Source: a virus
Lineage: Duplodnaviria > Heunggongvirae > Uroviricota > Caudoviricetes
Virus record (IMG/VR): IMGVR_UViG_2609459834_000002
Location: 1-18,246 of that record
DNA: 18,246 nt
Reading direction: 5' to 3' (one strand)
The notes under the pieces were generated by a model, which was not told the DNA's origin, searched no databases, and saw only the letters and a list, made by a program, of their open reading frames with translations. This document shows, piece by piece, positions 14,870 through 18,246 of the stretch. The translations under genes and the position numbers were made by a program. Each line of letters starts with the position of its first letter. Position 1 is the stretch's first letter.

Positions 14870-15196
14870 ATGAGCTACATTCAGACATTATCCGGTAAAA
14901 AATTTAACTACCTGACCGCCACAATCGACGATATCGATGTAGAGGATATCGCGACGGCGCTTTCCAACATCTGTCGATTCGCTGGGCATCTCCCAGAGTT
15001 CTACAGCGTGGCTCAGCACTCTGTGCTTGTAAGCCAGATTGTGCCGCCAGAGTTCGCCTTTGAAGCGCTGAAATTCGATGACTTCCAGATTGTCCACTAT
15101 GGCGGTTCTGAGGATTACGCGAAAGGTTATATCGACTGCCAAAACAACTACAACAAAGCTCTGACCGCCGCTGGCATTGGCGTGAAGGGGAAGTGA
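14870..15196 (+). CDS. HD-domain-like protein (YfbR-type 5'-nucleotidase fold), short and with the HD dyad altered; possibly degenerate
   Basis: ATG at 14870 with GGAG RBS 6 nt upstream (MSYIQTLSGKKF...). Motif CRFAGHLPEFYSVAQHS resembles the first metal-binding region of HD hydrolases, but the expected L-H-D-A motif reads EALKFDD (His replaced by Phe). The protein stops at 108 aa, against roughly 180-200 for intact HD domains. Confidence 0.45.
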   Translation: MSYIQTLSGKKFNYLTATIDDIDVEDIATALSNICRFAGHLPEFYSVAQHSVLVSQIVPPEFAFEALKFDDFQIVHYGGSEDYAKGYIDCQNNYNKALTAAGIGVKGK

Positions 15197-15197
15197 G

Positions 15198-15672
15198 ATG
15201 GCGGAGCAAACCATTTTAGACATGTGCTGCGGTTCCCGCATGTTCTGGTTCAACAAGCAGGACACCCGCGCCGTGTTCACTGATATCCGCGCCGAAGAGC
15301 ACGAGCTGTGCGACGGTCGCCGCCTGGTTATCAGTCCAGACCTGATTGCCGACTTTCGTTCACTGCCGTTCGCTGATTCTTCTTTTCCGGTTGTGGTGTT
15401 TGACCCACCGCACTTGGAGCGCGTTGGCCAGTCTGCCTGGATGGGTAAAAAATACGGGCGACTGAACAAAAAAAACGTGGCGCTCTGACTTACGCGCCGG
15501 TTTCAAAGAAGCGTTTCGGGTGCTGTGGCCACGCGGCGTACTTATTTTCAAATGGAACGAAACACAAATCCCAGTGAGCCAGATTCTGGCGCTTACAGAT
15601 GTGAAACCTGCAATTGGCCAGCGTACCGGGAAGAACGATAAAACCCACTGGATTATTTTTGTGAAGGACTAA
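15198..15672 (+). CDS. Small SAM-dependent DNA amino-methyltransferase (DPPH motif) interrupted by a +1 frameshift at an A8 tract
   Basis: Frame 0 (15198-15488, 96 aa) carries motif I LDMCCGS and motif IV FDPPH and stops at TGA 15486-15488. The +1 frame is open from 15466 to the TAA at 15670-15672, ending 3 nt before the next ATG. The only region open in both frames (15466-15485) contains the A8 run at 15468-15475. One fewer A would give a single product of about 156 aa. Confidence 0.6.
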
Positions 15673-15675
15673 CTC

Positions 15676-16230
15676 ATGACAACTAAACACCCGGCGCACG
15701 GTCCTTTATCCCTCGATCGCCTGCACCAGATACGCGAACACCTGCAGCATGATACCCAGTACTCAAACGGCGGGAACAGAGCTTATATTCTCGCTGATAT
15801 GTTGAAGGTGATTGATGAGGTGCTGGCATCGAGGAACGCAGAGCCAGTATTGCCAGATGAAAAGCCGATGCCAGAAGCGTCGAAAATGCATGCAATAGAC
15901 GCTGTAGCTGCAATCGCAGAGGTCAGAGGATGGAACGCCTGCCGCGCCGTCATGCTTAAGGCTGGCAACTCTCCGGTAACTCAGGATGGTTACGTGCTGG
16001 TCCCGAAGAAACTAACCGCTGAGAACGGCGCAAAGAGTGTGCTGTCCGGTGAGTTTTCAGAAACGAAATTTATAAACTGCCCAGAGTGTTTTGGTGATGA
16101 TGATTGCGAAACCTGCGACGGCAGCGGAAGAATTGAAATCACCGTTCCTGTCACATGGACGACCATCAAAGCTATTTGGGCTAAAGGTGTCGAGCATTTC
16201 GCAGCAGCACCGCAGCAGGAGAATGTATAA
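15676..16230 (+). CDS. Hypothetical protein with C-terminal CxxC...CxxCxGxG zinc-finger-like motif
   Basis: 184 aa, tightly packed between neighbours. Motif CPECFGDDDCETCDGSG resembles a DnaJ-type zinc-finger repeat. Otherwise unassigned. Confidence 0.6.
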   Translation: MTTKHPAHGPLSLDRLHQIREHLQHDTQYSNGGNRAYILADMLKVIDEVLASRNAEPVLPDEKPMPEASKMHAIDAVAAIAEVRGWNACRAVMLKAGNSPVTQDGYVLVPKKLTAENGAKSVLSGEFSETKFINCPECFGDDDCETCDGSGRIEITVPVTWTTIKAIWAKGVEHFAAAPQQENV

Positions 16231-16804
16231 CGTGAACAATTTAATGATCGACCTTGAGTCCATGGGCAAAAAACCGAATGCCCCTATTGTCTCCATTGGT
16301 GCCGTATTCTTCGATCCGCAAAGCGGTGATCTTGGTCAGGAGTTTTACACCGCCGTTAATCTTGAAAGCGCTATGGAGCAGGGAGCTGTGCCGGATGGTG
16401 ACACTATTCTGTGGTGGTTAAGACAAAGCTCAGAAGCACGATCAGCAATCTGTGTTGATGATGCGATGCCGATATCGTCTGCCCTATCTGAACTGAGCCA
16501 TTTCATTAATCGGCATTCTGATAACCCAAAATATTTAAAAGTTTGGGGCAATGGAGCTACTTTCGACAACGTTATATTGCGCGGCGCATATGAGCGCGCC
16601 GGCCAGCTTTGCCCGTGGCAATTTTGGAACGATCACGACGTCAGAACCATCGTCACATTAGGCAGAGTTGTGGGTTTCGATCCAAAGCGAGATATGCCAT
16701 TCGATGGGGTTGCACATAACGCACTGGCCGATGCGCGACATCAAGCAAAATACGTGTCCGCGATCTGGCAGAAGTTGATTCCGGCCACCAGCAGAGACCT
16801 GTAA
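16223..16804 (+). CDS. DnaQ-like 3'-5' exonuclease (DEDD family)
   Basis: Exo I motif LMIDLESMG, later H-x4-D-type motif (GVAHNALADARHQAKY), about 190 aa. Start is ambiguous among ATG 16223, GTG 16232 (best-spaced relative to AGGAG at 16217-16221) and ATG 16244. Track ORF 16091-16804 is an in-frame upstream extension. Confidence 0.8.
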   Translation: MYNVNNLMIDLESMGKKPNAPIVSIGAVFFDPQSGDLGQEFYTAVNLESAMEQGAVPDGDTILWWLRQSSEARSAICVDDAMPISSALSELSHFINRHSDNPKYLKVWGNGATFDNVILRGAYERAGQLCPWQFWNDHDVRTIVTLGRVVGFDPKRDMPFDGVAHNALADARHQAKYVSAIWQKLIPATSRDL

Positions 16805-16842
16805 TTTTCCCTGGGTGCAGCCAGGTTGTATGGAGAATGTCT

Positions 16843-17115
16843 ATGAATACTTTGTTTTTACTTATGGCTGAGTTCAACACGCCTAACATCGAGCTGTCAG
16901 CTGTATGCCAAAAGTATTTCGGTATGAGCCCTAACACAGCAGAAGCGAAAGCAAATGCCTGTCAGTTGCCGATCCCGACTTATCGTGTAGGAACATCACA
17001 GAAAGCGAAGCGCTGCATCAACATTCAGGATCTTGCTGAGTATATAGACCAGCGGCGTGAAGAAGGCAGAATTGAGTGGGAAAGGGTCAGAACGAACAAA
17101 CAGAAAAATAGTTGA
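16843..17115 (+). CDS. PrtN-like small DNA-binding protein (tentative)
   Basis: Start at second ATG 16843 (GGAG 7 nt upstream). MNTLFLLMAEF...CQKYFGMSPNTAEAKANACQLPIPTYRVGTSQKAKRCINIQDLAEYID resembles the pyocin-activator PrtN family as recalled. Followed by a terminator. Confidence 0.5.
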   Translation: MNTLFLLMAEFNTPNIELSAVCQKYFGMSPNTAEAKANACQLPIPTYRVGTSQKAKRCINIQDLAEYIDQRREEGRIEWERVRTNKQKNS

Positions 17116-17141
17116 GTTTCACACAGATAAAAAAAGAAAAA

Positions 17142-17157
17142 CCCGCCAGATGGCGGG
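17142..17157. terminator. Rho-independent terminator between convergent genes (strong for minus strand, weaker for plus)
   Basis: CCCGCC-AGAT-GGCGGG hairpin. The minus-strand RNA is followed by a U-rich run (plus-strand A-rich 17128-17141); the plus strand has only CTTT after the stem. Confidence 0.6.
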
Positions 17158-17180
17158 CTTTCAAAAAGCACCAGCTATGA

Positions 17181-17354
17181 TCATGCTGCCTTGCGACGAC
17201 GAAGCTTACCCTGCTGCTCTTTACCAGAGACAATAGCGTGAGTGAACGCGTTAGGAGCAGCCTTCATCAGAACTTCAACAGCAGCACCCATACCTGCGAA
17301 TGCTTTCATTGTGTCGAACTTAACCTGTGGCTTGGTTGCTTTTTGATCTTTCAT
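17181..17354 (-). CDS. Hypothetical small basic protein (57 aa), absent from the ORF track
   Basis: ATG at 17354-17352 with GGGAG RBS 8 nt upstream; stop at 17183-17181. Product MKDQKATKPQVKFDTMKAFAGMGAAVEVLMKAAPNAFTHAIVSGKEQQGKLRRRKAA. Terminator about 20 nt downstream. Confidence 0.5.
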   Translation of the reverse strand: MKDQKATKPQVKFDTMKAFAGMGAAVEVLMKAAPNAFTHAIVSGKEQQGKLRRRKAA

Positions 17355-17549
17355 AGAAAACTCCCGAGACGATAAGGGCGCCTCTAACCTCTTAGTTAAA
17401 GTTAGCTTGTCCAGCCAACTTGTGCCAATCGGTTCCTCCGATTGGTGACATCGTTTTCAGTAGTGCGAATACATAACGACTGTCCCAGATGTACCTTTAA
17501 GGTAATCCGGATGGATATCCTACAATCTGTAGACACTCGGCGTCTACAT

Positions 17550-18083
17550 CTATTGTGCGAATTTAAGAAATGTCTCTTGCAGATTATCTGTGGCTGTAGA
17601 CATTACGTAGCCACACTTTTCCATACAAAAACCGAACGACTCATAAAATGGCCGCAATTCAGGAACTGGTTCAATGATTTGAACAACCTCACACTCGACA
17701 GCCTTACAAAAAACAAAGGCACTCATTAGTGTGAGCAAAACCATTCGCCCTTTTAGTGGGTGTGATTCATCTTCCCTTGAGAACCTTTCAACAATATGGA
17801 TGCGAAAGATTTTATCTTCAACCCCGTAAACACAAATTGCCGCCCCTGAAGGAATCCCCTGCACTACTCCTTGCTGAACAAGTTTGATGCAAAATTCATA
17901 CTTGTCATCAGAATTACCATAGGCACCGAGCATATAGTCCCACTCAAGCTCGCCATAACCACCACAGAGGATCTTGTAATCTTCATCACTGATCGGGCCA
18001 ACTGCGAGAGGCAACCCCACATGGTCAATAACTAACTGAATGTTGTTACGAACAGATTGACCTATCTCGTCTAAAGTGAGCAT
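17550..18083 (-). CDS. Hypothetical protein, possibly GNAT-like (acyl-CoA N-acyltransferase) fold; function unassigned
   Basis: 177 aa with GAGAGG RBS and a perfect TATAAT (plus 18117-18122, read on minus) upstream. C-terminal ELRPFYESFGF resembles the GNAT beta-bulge/C-terminal region, but no clear Q/RxxGxG/A acetyl-CoA motif was seen. Confidence 0.45.
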   Translation of the reverse strand: MLTLDEIGQSVRNNIQLVIDHVGLPLAVGPISDEDYKILCGGYGELEWDYMLGAYGNSDDKYEFCIKLVQQGVVQGIPSGAAICVYGVEDKIFRIHIVERFSREDESHPLKGRMVLLTLMSAFVFCKAVECEVVQIIEPVPELRPFYESFGFCMEKCGYVMSTATDNLQETFLKFAQ

Positions 18084-18246
18084 TAGAGCCTCTCAAGCGG
18101 AACGGCGAAAGACCCCATTATACCTATTCCCGCCATGCAATGCCTGGTAAGAGTTGCGTATTAAATTAAAAACATCGGGTCCCCAATAGGCCCCCATAAA
18201 ACACACAACACCGCTATTTCTCTGTACAATCCGTCCTATCGAGCAT

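Noticed and set aside
14888-15469. 193-aa and 101-aa minus-strand ORFs across the HD-like and methyltransferase genes
   Set aside because: Antisense to tightly packed, motif-bearing plus-strand genes; Ser/Arg-rich. No independent support.
16091-16222. N-terminal 44-codon extension of the exonuclease ORF as listed in the track
   Set aside because: The extension overlaps the 3' end of the upstream Cys-rich gene in another frame. The conserved exonuclease Exo I motif begins right after the ATG/GTG cluster at 16223-16244, which has an AGGAG RBS.
1-18246. tRNA genes, integrase and attachment sites
   Set aside because: No T-loop-like GTTCGAAT/GGTTCGA motifs in a cloverleaf context were found and no tyrosine or serine recombinase ORF is present. 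The prophage ends and int are presumably outside this window.

Overview
This window reads as an internal segment of a lambdoid (lambda/HK97-like) prophage of an enterobacterial host, with modules in canonical order. All calls rest on ORF structure, start-codon/RBS context and motif recognition from memory; no database search was possible. Minus strand, right to left: a divergent immunity switch (cro-like 11261-11461; cI-like S24 repressor on plus 11552-12226), a CII-like gene, a Rha-family regulator, an HTH replication initiator with an internal iteron array, a PerC/ANR-like protein, phage Dam methyltransferase, a LexA-type DNA-binding protein, RusA, a KilA-N protein, a DUF968 protein, antiterminator Q with a downstream promoter-plus-terminator (pR'/tR'-like) unit, a lysis cassette (holin, membrane protein, GH19 endolysin, Rz with embedded Rz1), a second KilA-N moron, an HNH endonuclease and the 5' end of a P27-family small terminase. 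Plus strand, right of cI: a pL-like promoter with operator, a long structured leader, an AT-rich island with small ORFs, RdgC, a degenerate HD-like protein, a small DNA methyltransferase interrupted at an A8 tract, a Cys-rich protein, a DnaQ-like exonuclease and a PrtN-like protein. The least explained parts are the AT-rich island between pL and rdgC (flanked by 21-bp direct repeats), the 606-bp open extension upstream of Rha carrying a 37-bp palindrome, the homopolymer-split methyltransferase, and the GNAT-like gene with inverted repeats at the right edge. Integrase and att sites are not in the window.
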